From positions 10,852-74,851 of the forward strand of contig CAIKOH010000064.1 in the NCBI GenBank assembly GCA_903829075.1: a DNA stretch of 64,000 nt, in the 5' to 3' direction. Shown in pieces: positions 43,281-53,853 of this stretch (positions are counted from its first letter, which is position 1; every line of letters begins with the position of its first letter). The position numbers and the translations under genes are program-made. This stretch comes from Candidatus Uhrbacteria bacterium (GTDB taxonomy: Bacteria; Patescibacteriota; Patescibacteriia; 2-12-FULL-60-25). The notes beneath the pieces are model-generated. The model saw only the letters and a program-made list of their open reading frames with translations. It was not told the origin of the DNA and ran no database searches.

Positions 43281-45560
43281 ATGCCAAAAGAAGCCGCCGC
43301 AAAAAGAGAAGCTCCTCTCAAAGGAGGCGAAGCCTCTCCTCGAGTTCTACCGCGAATCGCCGTTGATAATAGACCCCTAAAAACCAAGCTGGATGCACGT
43401 CCAGATGCTCGGGAAGCCATTGCTATAACGGAATATGTGAGCGACGTACGCTACGCCGTAAATGGGGCTGACGATCTCGTCGTAACCGTCGAAAACGCAC
43501 TTTCCGCGATGCAGGGAACCCATAACGAAAGAATGCTCAATCAGCTTAAAACAAGCATCGGTGTTTTGAACGCAAAATTAAAACAGCTGACGGCAACGGT
43601 GCCAAAAGGCATGAAGCAAGAGCAGCTTCAAAAAATACATGCCGAGATTAAAATAGCCGAAGCCGATCTATACGATGCGCAGAGCCTCATTGATGATTAC
43701 GAAGAAGAAAGAAGCGAACATTCACGTGAGGTTGCCGCCGATTTTGCAAACTTTGCAAAACTTCCACCAACACCATCTTCCAAAAAACCAGAACCCGAGT
43801 TTGATGAGCTGTACGATCCGAAGGGACGCGTTGATCTTTTCCGAAAATCAGACGGCAACGAGATAGCTCGCTGGCACAACCCACTTGGGAACGTCCCAAA
43901 ATTTAAGGAAGAACCAACCGAACTCCCTTCCGACCTCCTTCTTGAAGACGATGGACCAGAAACTCCGAGCTCAAGCCCAAGAACCTTTGCCCACAATCCA
44001 AGTGTTCGCCAACCCCGTCCTGAACCCATGGCGAACGCGTTTAGTCCAGAATCCGCTGTTCAACGAAGAGGTCACAACCCATTATTTCGTCAACCAGGCT
44101 TAGACACAACTTCGCAAAAAAATATTGAAGACGTGAATCAAGGACTTCGCTACAGACTACACAGACTACAGAATCAAGCAGGCACCCTCATTGATCAGGC
44201 CGAGAGACACACGTTGGACTATAAAACACTGAACGCCAGACGAGACGCATTACATCAAAGCTTTGAAAATGAAGATGCTCTCATAGCCAATCTTCCAGAG
44301 TTCGAGGATTTACGCCAAGAAACAGTCGACGTAATCAAAGAACTTGATTCCGCTTTGGAACGCGCATTCCCTCCAACTCCACTCCAGAACTACAACTCTT
44401 ACGTTCGTCAATCGCGTTCTGAAGCCATGGTGAACCCATTCAATCCAGAGTCCGCCGTTCAACGAAGCGGCTACAACCAACTATTCCATCAACCAGGTTT
44501 AGACACAGCTTCACAAAGAGATCTCGAACGAATAAATGATACGTATCGACAAGGACTTTACAGGATACAGGGGGAATCAGGAAAATTGATGGATCTTATC
44601 GAGCAAGGCAACACGAGCTACAAAACGCTCGAAGCTGAGCGCGAGAAATTGCGTCAAAATCTCGAAAACAACGAGGAACTGGTACAAGGTATCCCCGAAC
44701 TCGCGCGAGAATACAGCGAGACCGTCAAAGCCATGCAAAGACTTGGCTTTGCCATGGAGGAAGCCTACAGCAAAGAACTCGCCCGAGATGCAAAAGAAAC
44801 ACGAGATTCTATTCAGCAAATCGAAGGACTTGCTAAACATGACCTTGTTTCCGCCATTGAACGTGCCAGCGGAGGAAAAACCCAAATTACAAGCGAAGAT
44901 GACTTAAAAAATTGGCTCAAGTTCCATTCGAGCCCTGCAAGAAAAGCTGCAAATAAACTAACAGGTCTTGTGCGCGATGTGTTTCTCACGCCGAAAAAAA
45001 TCACTCATCATATAGAAAAGGGTCGGCTCCCTCCGCCAACCCCACAAGAAGAACTTGCGCAAGCACGTCAGGTCTATCTCGGCGTGCAGGAGCGATACCA
45101 TCTCGATGAAAAACGCGCGCATCTCGCTCAGGTCGAAGCGCTCCTTCAAGAACGAATGCCGCGTGAAAAATATTCGCTTACTCAAGAAGCAACCCCTGCA
45201 GCAAACCGTTCAAAGGAACATCAAAAAACCGAAGATCTTGAAGACGGTTGGTTTAAACACACCATCGAAAGCACCAGAGCGGAAATTCAGGAAGCGCTAC
45301 TCTATTCGGTCGGTGAACTCAAATTCACAGATCGTATCAAGCTCGCCGATCTTCTTGGTGCAGACGTTGACCGTTCCGTCACCCCGGAGATTTTGACCGC
45401 AGCCGTGCTGAGAAAGCTCAACTCCAACACAGCGACCGAATGGGTAAATACCCATCTCGACGAACTTCTCGCAGATCTGCACAGAGAAACGGATATCGAT
45501 ACGACCGATGAACTTGAAAGACTCATCTTCCGCTACCTTGATCTTCGCAACAACGACTAA
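43281..45560 (+). CDS. hypothetical 759-aa helical protein with an internal ~133-aa tandem duplication
   Basis: ATG at 43281. No signal peptide or TM segment. Charged and helical throughout. No family recognised. Confidence 0.7.
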   Translation: MPKEAAAKREAPLKGGEASPRVLPRIAVDNRPLKTKLDARPDAREAIAITEYVSDVRYAVNGADDLVVTVENALSAMQGTHNERMLNQLKTSIGVLNAKLKQLTATVPKGMKQEQLQKIHAEIKIAEADLYDAQSLIDDYEEERSEHSREVAADFANFAKLPPTPSSKKPEPEFDELYDPKGRVDLFRKSDGNEIARWHNPLGNVPKFKEEPTELPSDLLLEDDGPETPSSSPRTFAHNPSVRQPRPEPMANAFSPESAVQRRGHNPLFRQPGLDTTSQKNIEDVNQGLRYRLHRLQNQAGTLIDQAERHTLDYKTLNARRDALHQSFENEDALIANLPEFEDLRQETVDVIKELDSALERAFPPTPLQNYNSYVRQSRSEAMVNPFNPESAVQRSGYNQLFHQPGLDTASQRDLERINDTYRQGLYRIQGESGKLMDLIEQGNTSYKTLEAEREKLRQNLENNEELVQGIPELAREYSETVKAMQRLGFAMEEAYSKELARDAKETRDSIQQIEGLAKHDLVSAIERASGGKTQITSEDDLKNWLKFHSSPARKAANKLTGLVRDVFLTPKKITHHIEKGRLPPPTPQEELAQARQVYLGVQERYHLDEKRAHLAQVEALLQERMPREKYSLTQEATPAANRSKEHQKTEDLEDGWFKHTIESTRAEIQEALLYSVGELKFTDRIKLADLLGADVDRSVTPEILTAAVLRKLNSNTATEWVNTHLDELLADLHRETDIDTTDELERLIFRYLDLRNND
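43997..44790 (+). repeat. two diverged tandem copies (~399-nt period) inside the 759-aa ORF
   Basis: VRQPRPEPMANAFSPESAVQRRGHNPLFRQPGLDTTSQ aligns with VRQSRSEAMVNPFNPESAVQRSGYNQLFHQPGLDTASQ. The units continue to align at about 40% identity. Confidence 0.6.
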
Positions 45561-45582
45561 AAAAGCGTAAAGCGTTGTACAT

Positions 45583-45612
45583 AAAAACACCGACCTTATG
45601 GCCGGTGTTTTT
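45583..45612. terminator. bidirectional terminator between convergent genes
   Basis: AAAAACACCGACC-ttat-GGCCGGTGTTTTT. Confidence 0.5.
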
Positions 45613-45622
45613 ATGTATGTCC

Positions 45623-47410
45623 TTATCTCTTTTCTTTCACCTCTTCCAATGTCTGCCGCAAAAAATCCTCTTTTGTCATTGTTCGCTGGTCCTTCTCGCC
45701 GTAGATGCGGACAGTCAGCGCTTCCCCACTCGCCTCTTTGTCCCCTACGACCAACATGCGTGGATACTTCATTTTTTCTGCTTCACGAATTTTCTTGCCC
45801 ACAGATTCCGCCGCTTCATCCACGATCACGCGCAGATTCTGTGAACGAAGTTCCGCGGCCAAAGTGCGCGCGAATTCGATATGGCGATCCGCAACCGGCA
45901 AAACGCTGATCTGCGTTGGCGCGAGCCACAGAGGGAATGCACCCGCGTAATGCTCAATCAAAACCGCAAGGAACCGTTCAATCGATCCCATAATCGCGCA
46001 GTGGATCATGACGATACGTTCCTTTTCGCCCTGCTCATTCACACAATCAAGATCAAACCCTTCTGGCATGTTAAAGTCGAGCTGAATCGTGGCGACCTGA
46101 TGCTTGCGACCAATGCTGTCCACACCCATGAAATCAATCTTCGGACCGTACATTGCGGCTTCACCAATCCCTTCAACATACTCTTTTCCACGCTTCACGA
46201 TCACTGATCGAAGTTGATCCTCAGCCTTCTTCCAGATCTCAGGCGTTCCGAGATATTTTTCAAACTTATCTGGATCATGGAGAGAAAGCCTGACCTTTAA
46301 GTCGAAGCCGAATGTCGAATAGAACCGGTCAATAATGTCCCAAACAGCAAACACCTCCTGTTCGATCTGAGTTTTTCGACAAAAGACGTGCGCATCATCC
46401 TGCGTGATCGCTCGAACGCGTGTGAGCCCTGCCAGCTCTCCTGACTGCTCGTCACGATAGACCATGGTCGTTTCCGCGAAGCGCTGTGGCATGTCACGGT
46501 AACTACGCGGCTCAGAGGCAAAGATTTGCGTATGGTGCGGGCAATTCATCGGCTTCATGGCAAACTCATGCCCTTCGCGCGTCGTAATTTTAAACAGCTC
46601 TTCCGAAAACTTCGCCCAGTGGCCGCTTTTCACATACAAATCTTTTTTTGTGATGTGTGGAATCGTCACGCGCTCATACCCTTTTTCTTTACGCAAGCTC
46701 CACACAAATTCGTCGAGCAGCACGCGCAGCATGGTTCCACGAGGCGTCCACAGAGGCAAACCAGAACCAACGAGATCCGAAAACACGAATAGTCCAAGTT
46801 CTTTGCCAAGTTTCTTGTGATCACGCTTCTCCGCTTCCACCAACATCGCCTCATGCGCAGCAAGATCTTCTTTTGTGGCAAAGCACAGGCCGTAGATGCG
46901 CTGCATCTGCGGATTCGCTTCTTTCCCACGCCAATAGACGCCGGCGGTTCTGGTTAACTTATAGGCGCCGATATCTTTCGCTTCTGCAACATGCGGTCCG
47001 CGACACAGATCAACAAAGTCGCCCGTTTTATACAGGGACACATGCGACACATCTGCCACGTCCACATCGTGCGCGACTTCGGCGCTGACTTTTGTGGTGC
47101 CGCGCATCTTCAAATCATTCAACAGCTCTACCTTGTACGGCTGATGCAAGGAGGTGAAGCGCGTGATTGCCTCATCGATAGAGAGTTCTTCACGTTCAAA
47201 AGACGGATTTTCTGCCACAAGTTTTTTCATCTCGTGGGCGATCGTTTTTAGATCTTCTGGCGTCACGGAACGACCAAGATCCACGTCATAATAAAATCCA
47301 TGCTCAATGACCGGGCCAACACCAAATTTGGCATCAGGAAACAAACGCTTGATGGCCGCGGCCATGACATGCGCTGCGCTGTGACGACGAGTTTCGAGAG
47401 GATAATCCAT
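45623..47410 (-). CDS. thrS: threonine--tRNA ligase (no N-terminal TGS domain)
   Basis: 595 aa. It starts at the editing-domain segment RRHSAAHVMAAAIKRLFPDAKFGVGPVIEHGFYYDVDL. The remaining length fits a class II catalytic core plus anticodon-binding domain; this is inferred from the overall ThrRS resemblance, and no class II motif was located by eye. Confidence 0.93.
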   Translation of the reverse strand: MDYPLETRRHSAAHVMAAAIKRLFPDAKFGVGPVIEHGFYYDVDLGRSVTPEDLKTIAHEMKKLVAENPSFEREELSIDEAITRFTSLHQPYKVELLNDLKMRGTTKVSAEVAHDVDVADVSHVSLYKTGDFVDLCRGPHVAEAKDIGAYKLTRTAGVYWRGKEANPQMQRIYGLCFATKEDLAAHEAMLVEAEKRDHKKLGKELGLFVFSDLVGSGLPLWTPRGTMLRVLLDEFVWSLRKEKGYERVTIPHITKKDLYVKSGHWAKFSEELFKITTREGHEFAMKPMNCPHHTQIFASEPRSYRDMPQRFAETTMVYRDEQSGELAGLTRVRAITQDDAHVFCRKTQIEQEVFAVWDIIDRFYSTFGFDLKVRLSLHDPDKFEKYLGTPEIWKKAEDQLRSVIVKRGKEYVEGIGEAAMYGPKIDFMGVDSIGRKHQVATIQLDFNMPEGFDLDCVNEQGEKERIVMIHCAIMGSIERFLAVLIEHYAGAFPLWLAPTQISVLPVADRHIEFARTLAAELRSQNLRVIVDEAAESVGKKIREAEKMKYPRMLVVGDKEASGEALTVRIYGEKDQRTMTKEDFLRQTLEEVKEKR

Positions 47411-47620
47411 ACAAATAATGATGGGAGAATAAAAAAACGAAACAGAAAATACTCGGTTTCGTCGGGACCCCCGTTCCTTCGAACGAGGGCGGTTCCACCC
47501 GGATTGCTATGCCGATGCAACATCAGCGCATAACCACTTTATTTCACTCTACTTTTCCACGCCGGTTGGTGAAGCCGGAGGCTAAAACTATAATGACAAA
47601 AGAACCAAGGGTGGTCAACT
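47411..47620 (-). promoter_or_regulatory. T-box-like leader of thrS with intrinsic terminator
   Basis: The minus-strand RNA contains AAUCCGGGUGGAACCGCC (plus-strand 47488-47505), matching the consensus AAnnnGGGUGGnACCGCG. A terminator (ACGAAAC...GUUUCGU plus U7) lies at 47431-47462. A candidate ACC-A specifier lies at 47567-47570. Confidence 0.65.
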
Positions 47621-47625
47621 GCAAC

Positions 47626-48984
47626 CTACTGAACCTGGATGTCAATATGATCGGTAACTGTTGGAATCTTCCCAATCCAGCCCGGGGAAAGATGAATCTG
47701 CACATCTTCAACGCCAGGGACAGAACGCAGGATATTCAAGGCCTGATCAACGGTCTTACCCTCAACTAATGACTTATCAAGCGAGGGGCTACTCGTCGCG
47801 AGCTGATAGGTCCCTTGCGCAACCACATGGATCGTTGCTGTTTCTGCATGAGGATCTGCGGCTTCAAGATTTTCTTTCACATCTTGCGCGCGTAGCGGCA
47901 AAAATTCACGCCCGTCAGGGATTTTATTCTTCAACTGATCGCGAACCAAGGAAAGCATGTCCTGCTCCGGATAGAATACGGCGGTCACGCTGAGCTTGAT
48001 GGTGATCCGAATATGATCCGTGACCTCACCAGGCTGAGCGCTTGAACGTGGTGGATCAACCGGCTGTGCAAACACCACCACATGGTCCAACTTCGGATCA
48101 TTGACCTCTGAGGCGAGCACGCTGCGCGCCTGATCAATCACCTGTTGCGTAAGCGTTTGCTCATCCTGATTCACAATCGCCTGCGTCACTACAGGAACAC
48201 CCATCAGATGCGTTGTCGGTACAACCAAAGGCAGGGTCGTGGTTGGAGCAGCCGCGAGCGGAGGGGTTGCCGTTCCATCTCGAAACGCTCCCGAAGGGGC
48301 CGTCGCCGTAAACGCGACATCTGAAACTGCGTAAATATATTTTTGTAAATCAATAAATAATCCAGGAATGGTGAAGCGGGACGGACCGATCGCGTACACC
48401 TGTCCGGCTTTGTCAGCATGCACCTCAACGCTCACCTCTTGTCCAGGCAGAATGTGCACCTGACGATCAATACGATACAGTTTTTGATCCGCCGTCAGCA
48501 AACGCGTAGTTTTCACCAAGGTTTGCGCGTGCGCTGAATTATTGACGATGCGCACTGTTCCGCGGGCAATCACCGTATCTGAAAGCAGCGGCGCATTCGT
48601 ATCACTTGAAGAAGGTGTGGGCACCGCAACAGGAGCAGCTGCCGGCGACGAGGTGACCTGCGTATCTGTTGTCGAGGTGCTTATTGGAATGGAAAAATCT
48701 TGGGTTTGGGTGAACACGCTTTGCATGACACGCCCTCCGATCTTACCAGACTGTGGTTGACGTGCAATTTCAACAGCTCCATCTAAATTCACCGCTTCTT
48801 GTTTCACGTGCACGGCAACCGTGGCATGCACAGACGATAGCCACAAAACAGAAATCACCACCAACACGGTTAAGCCCAAAAATGTGTAGGCGATGTTGCG
48901 ATATAAATTTGAACGGGGCATGGTAGGAAAAGAAGGAGCTGAAATAGGAACGACACGTGGCCGTCGGCCACCACGAATGGTCAT
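47626..48984 (-). CDS. hypothetical membrane-anchored extracytoplasmic protein
   Basis: 452 aa. N-terminal anchor IAYTFLGLTVLVVISVLWLSSV. The rest is beta-rich with T/S/P linkers. Confidence 0.65.
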   Translation of the reverse strand: MTIRGGRRPRVVPISAPSFPTMPRSNLYRNIAYTFLGLTVLVVISVLWLSSVHATVAVHVKQEAVNLDGAVEIARQPQSGKIGGRVMQSVFTQTQDFSIPISTSTTDTQVTSSPAAAPVAVPTPSSSDTNAPLLSDTVIARGTVRIVNNSAHAQTLVKTTRLLTADQKLYRIDRQVHILPGQEVSVEVHADKAGQVYAIGPSRFTIPGLFIDLQKYIYAVSDVAFTATAPSGAFRDGTATPPLAAAPTTTLPLVVPTTHLMGVPVVTQAIVNQDEQTLTQQVIDQARSVLASEVNDPKLDHVVVFAQPVDPPRSSAQPGEVTDHIRITIKLSVTAVFYPEQDMLSLVRDQLKNKIPDGREFLPLRAQDVKENLEAADPHAETATIHVVAQGTYQLATSSPSLDKSLVEGKTVDQALNILRSVPGVEDVQIHLSPGWIGKIPTVTDHIDIQVQ

Positions 48985-49047
48985 AGACGTTTGTATGATA
49001 GCACTTTTTCACGCAAGACCCAACACGCGCGCACTGTGGATAAACAC

Positions 49048-50946
49048 TTATCGCACCAGTCCCTCGCCAAGAGCAAAATCATCTGTGGTGAGATCTGTGT
49101 TCAATGCGTCTGCGCTTGCGGAAAATTGTTCACTCGTCGATCCATCCGTGACCCCTCCATGTGTCTCCTGCAAAAGTTGCGCAAACCGACCGCGATCCAT
49201 TGTTTGCGGGGTTACGGTAAGCAAGAAACTTGCTTGTACATCCTGCGTGCCAGAAGGAAGATTCGGAATCGTCCATCGAATAAGGCGCGTCAGCGGATCA
49301 TAGACCACATTCCCCTGTTCAACCTGAACCCCGTTCGCCCACGCCACGTTTAATGGAAGCGTTGCTTGTAAAAAACCGTCCTGTAATTCATGCAACGTTT
49401 TATGCGCGTGCCAAAAAATGCGATAAGTGGTAGACGTTCCCGCTTGCGGTGGCAAAGGTCCGGTTCCTACGGGAACTCCCTCAGATGAAAAATACCGCGC
49501 CTCTGCCGTGAGCTCAAACTGACTCGCGTACGAAAGCAGAATCGGCTGAGCATGAACGATTCGACGCACATCATGACCTCCAACTCGCAAAATCCCTCCC
49601 TGCAACGTAAGACGAATAGCTGCATCATGAGTACCTGTGGGTGCAGGTAGCATCGGTAACGCAAGATCGATCACCCCTCCGGCATGAGACGCGAGCTGTT
49701 GAAAATCTGGATTTCCAGTTTCGTCATAACGAAACGTCACCAACCCTCCTTGTTGCGAAAACATAGGGACGGGGCTGAGTCCGCGTATATGCGACGTATC
49801 CACAAGCGAGGTACTCGTGGATTGACCGTCTAGCAACGTCTCCAATCCCAATAGCAACGAGATATGATCCATGTCCTGCGCGCCTGCATTTTGATATCGC
49901 AGCGCAAGATGCAAAGTATCGCCTGATTTGATCGTCGTTGACTGGGATGAGCCATGTACGATCGGCTGCAACGTCAGATCATCGTTCACCACAGACAACG
50001 AACCACTCGTACGGCTCGCAATCGCCAAGTTCCCCTGCTGCATCAACCCTACATCCGCCTTAAAGGTGCGCTCGCCCGTGCTATCAGCAGAAAACATTCC
50101 GGTAAAACTCTGCGTAGAACTCGCCTGTGGAGCAAGCGTTGGGAACGTGACATCCTGTTGACCTGTGGCCAAGGCCGTCCCATTTGATGAAAGCACCTCA
50201 AAATCCTTCGGCCACTGCACGTGCGCATGCACACCCGAGAGCGTTGTCGCAGAACGATTCATTATCGTATATTGGAATGAAACGAGTTGGCCCGCCGTTA
50301 CCACCTGCGGAAATGTCCACGTCGCATCGAGATTCGTGTGCGCTTGCACCACCTGTAATGAAGCCAATGACAGACGTTCTGTCTGACCACCCGAGGCCGG
50401 GATACGCGCCGTCATCTGCATCACGTCGCTCGTTCCAAGGGCGCCCTGAAACCATCCACGCCAACGCACACTCCCAAACGCATGCGGCGGAATCTCAGCG
50501 ATGTGCCAGGTTCCCCCTGCCTGCTCAGGTGTCGGAGGATCCGTAGACAGTAAAATAAAATCCGATGGCAAACTAATGCCCAAATCTACGTCATGCAGAG
50601 TTGTTTGGGTTTGATTTTTCCAGGTGGCCTCATATTCCTCTACCTGCCCCATCGTCACCTGGCGCGAACCATGCATCTCAAGAGAAATGCTCACCCCCTT
50701 TTGCGAAAGACGCGTATTCCACCACGACCATCCCATCCATCCTCCCAGACTCACGCCAACCACAAAACAACCGATCAATAACGCATATTTCCAAGACGAA
50801 ATGTTCACCGGACGTTCCAAGTGCGAAAAATTCATGCGCTGACCATCCGTGTGCTGATACACTGCCTGCAAACACGCATCAATCTTCCGCTCGTCCTCAA
50901 CTGAACGCGGGATCTCAGGCGGTTCAAAGGGGTTCTCTGAGAGCAT
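49048..50946 (-). CDS. hypothetical membrane-anchored protein with repeated beta-sandwich-like segments
   Basis: 632 aa. Anchor WKYALLIGCFVVGVSLGGWMGW. The rest is long, T/S/Q-rich and beta-type. Confidence 0.65.
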   Translation of the reverse strand: MLSENPFEPPEIPRSVEDERKIDACLQAVYQHTDGQRMNFSHLERPVNISSWKYALLIGCFVVGVSLGGWMGWSWWNTRLSQKGVSISLEMHGSRQVTMGQVEEYEATWKNQTQTTLHDVDLGISLPSDFILLSTDPPTPEQAGGTWHIAEIPPHAFGSVRWRGWFQGALGTSDVMQMTARIPASGGQTERLSLASLQVVQAHTNLDATWTFPQVVTAGQLVSFQYTIMNRSATTLSGVHAHVQWPKDFEVLSSNGTALATGQQDVTFPTLAPQASSTQSFTGMFSADSTGERTFKADVGLMQQGNLAIASRTSGSLSVVNDDLTLQPIVHGSSQSTTIKSGDTLHLALRYQNAGAQDMDHISLLLGLETLLDGQSTSTSLVDTSHIRGLSPVPMFSQQGGLVTFRYDETGNPDFQQLASHAGGVIDLALPMLPAPTGTHDAAIRLTLQGGILRVGGHDVRRIVHAQPILLSYASQFELTAEARYFSSEGVPVGTGPLPPQAGTSTTYRIFWHAHKTLHELQDGFLQATLPLNVAWANGVQVEQGNVVYDPLTRLIRWTIPNLPSGTQDVQASFLLTVTPQTMDRGRFAQLLQETHGGVTDGSTSEQFSASADALNTDLTTDDFALGEGLVR

Positions 50947-50964
50947 ATACTCACGTACAAAAAA

Positions 50965-53853
50965 CTATTCACGTTGAAACAACTCTGACACCACACAGTC
51001 ACTCTTCCAAGCACCATCGCAGAGCGTCGATGCTGTAGAGGTCGACGACGCGTCAGCGGCTTCGTTGGTCCACAGGGTTTGCCACTGCGGTGGAACCGTG
51101 AGACTGGTGGTGAGCGTACGATCTGATTTTCCTGACTGGCTGGTCGCAAGCAGCGTATAGGCGGCTAACGATATGGTTGATGTGGCGTCTGTTGCCGTTG
51201 AACGCTCACGCGCTAAATCAAACACCGTAAACGGAAGCCGATAGGTAAATGTCGTGGTGCTCGAAGCGCCAGGCTTCAGCTGCAACCACCCACCAAACGC
51301 CGTCCGACCAAACTCATCCGTAATCGTGACACCATCCACCCCCTGCCGTTCATTCTGTACCAACCGAGTGATGTCCGCATCCTCTGGCTCAGGAAGTTTT
51401 GACACATGAAACAAGGTGGAAGAAGGCGCATCAAATCCATCAGCAGCCAGCAACGTCGAACCCTGCGGCACGTACACTCGGAGCCATGACACGTTATTCA
51501 CACCGTTAAACAACGTTCCTTTGACCCCATGATGCGTACGCGTCAAGGTCACATGATCGATAATCGAACCATCTGCCTGAACATCCGCTTTATGCGTCAC
51601 ATGTTCTTCAATGACACCATCGGTTTTTTGCCCTCCCAAGTTCGCCTCATTCACAGCGAGTTCATCACCTGTAAACGGCTGCAGACGACCATTTGCTCCC
51701 CACGTTTCCAGAAACGCCTCCTCCTCCGGTCTCGCCATCCACATCTGGATATCTTTATTTGCAAGGGATGCCACCATCAAACGAGCGAGTGCGAGCTGTT
51801 GTGTCTGTGAAAATGAATTACTGCGTTTCAACAAAGCCTGCAACAGCGCACCCACCACTTTTTTAGGCTGGTTTTGCGTCTTGTCGTAGTTTAATTCTAC
51901 GTCACGTTGAAGCACCGCGAGCACATCATCGGCGGTAAACGTTGTGCCATCAGGCAAGGTCACCGGACCGACCGTCTGCATAACACCTCGCAACACATTT
52001 GAATTGATGGCGATCACCCCGTCGATCGTTGGCTGCTGAGCTTCGTTCCAAAACCACTGAATTTTTTGTGCGGCAGAAGGAAAATCTGGAAACCAGTTTG
52101 CGTCCTGAAATTCCCAACGTGCACCCAACAAACGCATCGGCGTAGGCGGCAACACACGCACCAACAGCTGGCTGCGCAAATCATACGGCCCACCACCAGG
52201 AAATTTCACATTCGTAATCTTACCTTGATTCACGGTCACATCCGCGATCGATCCCATGAATCCTCCGGTTGGTCGAAGTTCGTCTGAATTTTGAAACACG
52301 AATAAATAATGGCGATCATGGTCATGCCCAAGCATCGGCAATACAGCTGCTGCAACGGAACGTAAGGTGCGCACCGAAGCCTGTGCGCTCGCCACACTCG
52401 CTGGAATGCTCGACCATCCATCACGAAGACTTGCCGGCAACACCGACGGATCAATCTGCGCCACATCAGCAGACACCTGAGTTAAAACAGTTCCAGCAAG
52501 ATCAAGCTGCTGCTGCAAAATAATCAAACGCTGATCCGGATGGTCGACATTCGCATGCAGCGCCATATCCAGACCCTGCGATAATAAACTCGCCGCTTGC
52601 GTGGTCTCATCACCAATATGCAAGGCAGCCTGAGCGCTCTGATACAACGTACGCGTTTGCGGCAACGCCTGCGCAAGCGCCACGGCAAGTGCGTTCACAT
52701 GAGCGACATCCGATTCTGCAGATGCAAAACGCGCTGCCGCTGTCTGCAAATCCTCTGCTCGCACCTGACCGCTTCCCTGCATCGCCAACCGCACATCTTG
52801 AATCGCTAACTGAGTTTGTTGCTGCACATGCGATGCGGATTGGTGCATGTGGTACGCGAACATGGCCACCCCTGCTGGCAAACACGCGAGCGCACACAAC
52901 CCTACAAACAGGGCCATCGCCTTACGAATCTGAGGCCGTGCATTCGACTCCGGTTCTTCTGCAGAGGCTTGCGAATCGTCAGGGATCCCATCATACGGAG
53001 GACCCTGATCATTCCCTGCTACCGGTTCAGATCGATCCACCGCAGCAAACACATCTTCAACCCCGGGGACACTCTGTTGATCATTACTTGGTCGATCAAC
53101 CATGGATTCAATAGCTCGCTCAACGACGCTCTGCTCTGATTGCGACTCATCACCCTCCACAGAAGGTTCAGTTGATGGAGGTACAACCATCTCAATCTGA
53201 GGCTCTGCGGAGGAAAAAATTCCAAACGTTTGTTTAGGAAATTGTTCTTGCGGCTGAACTTTCGTCGACTGACGCGCGGGACGAACAAGGGTTTGCCACG
53301 AAACAAGAAACGATTGTCGCACGCGCTCCACAAAAATAGCCGTGATCGTCTCGCTTCTCTGAAAGAGCGCGGAACCAGTGGTTATCTGTTCCTCAAAGAC
53401 GCGCGGATCAATATGCTCAATCGAAAGATCATTTGCCGTAGCAACCAAGGTCTCATAGGAAACCTGCTCATAACACGGAGCACTCCACGCATTCACATCA
53501 GCTGATAATCGCTCGCGCGTCTGCGTTGCAAACTTCCGCACCATGTCAGGCGTTTCAATCACGTGTACACTTTCTTCCCCTTGACCAAAATGAACGGGAA
53601 CATCAACCGTTTCTTCCTCTGTTGTCGGGGAAGAGGTGTTGACCGTAGACACTGCATTTCTGCGTATCTTGGCGTGCAGCGTCACGGAGGCAATAACCGC
53701 GTCTGGACGCTCGATCACCTTCCACAGTTGCAATAAAAATTGGTCCGAAGACTCTGGCATCGGTTCTGGAGATCCAAAAGATGCCATCTGGCCAAACGGT
53801 TCACCAGATGGACGATCAGCCGCGGTGCGGCGACGACGTCGAGGACGAGACAT
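50965..53853 (-). CDS. DUF4012-like envelope protein with a long acidic N-terminal region (paralogue of 18349-20358)
   Basis: FVFQNSDELRPTGGFMGSIADV motif. TM segment AMALFVGLCALACLPAGVAMFAY. The ATG at 53853 is chosen (alternative at 53790). The track start at 53946 is a TTG lying deep inside the GT4 gene. Confidence 0.7.
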   Translation of the reverse strand: MSRPRRRRRTAADRPSGEPFGQMASFGSPEPMPESSDQFLLQLWKVIERPDAVIASVTLHAKIRRNAVSTVNTSSPTTEEETVDVPVHFGQGEESVHVIETPDMVRKFATQTRERLSADVNAWSAPCYEQVSYETLVATANDLSIEHIDPRVFEEQITTGSALFQRSETITAIFVERVRQSFLVSWQTLVRPARQSTKVQPQEQFPKQTFGIFSSAEPQIEMVVPPSTEPSVEGDESQSEQSVVERAIESMVDRPSNDQQSVPGVEDVFAAVDRSEPVAGNDQGPPYDGIPDDSQASAEEPESNARPQIRKAMALFVGLCALACLPAGVAMFAYHMHQSASHVQQQTQLAIQDVRLAMQGSGQVRAEDLQTAAARFASAESDVAHVNALAVALAQALPQTRTLYQSAQAALHIGDETTQAASLLSQGLDMALHANVDHPDQRLIILQQQLDLAGTVLTQVSADVAQIDPSVLPASLRDGWSSIPASVASAQASVRTLRSVAAAVLPMLGHDHDRHYLFVFQNSDELRPTGGFMGSIADVTVNQGKITNVKFPGGGPYDLRSQLLVRVLPPTPMRLLGARWEFQDANWFPDFPSAAQKIQWFWNEAQQPTIDGVIAINSNVLRGVMQTVGPVTLPDGTTFTADDVLAVLQRDVELNYDKTQNQPKKVVGALLQALLKRSNSFSQTQQLALARLMVASLANKDIQMWMARPEEEAFLETWGANGRLQPFTGDELAVNEANLGGQKTDGVIEEHVTHKADVQADGSIIDHVTLTRTHHGVKGTLFNGVNNVSWLRVYVPQGSTLLAADGFDAPSSTLFHVSKLPEPEDADITRLVQNERQGVDGVTITDEFGRTAFGGWLQLKPGASSTTTFTYRLPFTVFDLARERSTATDATSTISLAAYTLLATSQSGKSDRTLTTSLTVPPQWQTLWTNEAADASSTSTASTLCDGAWKSDCVVSELFQRE

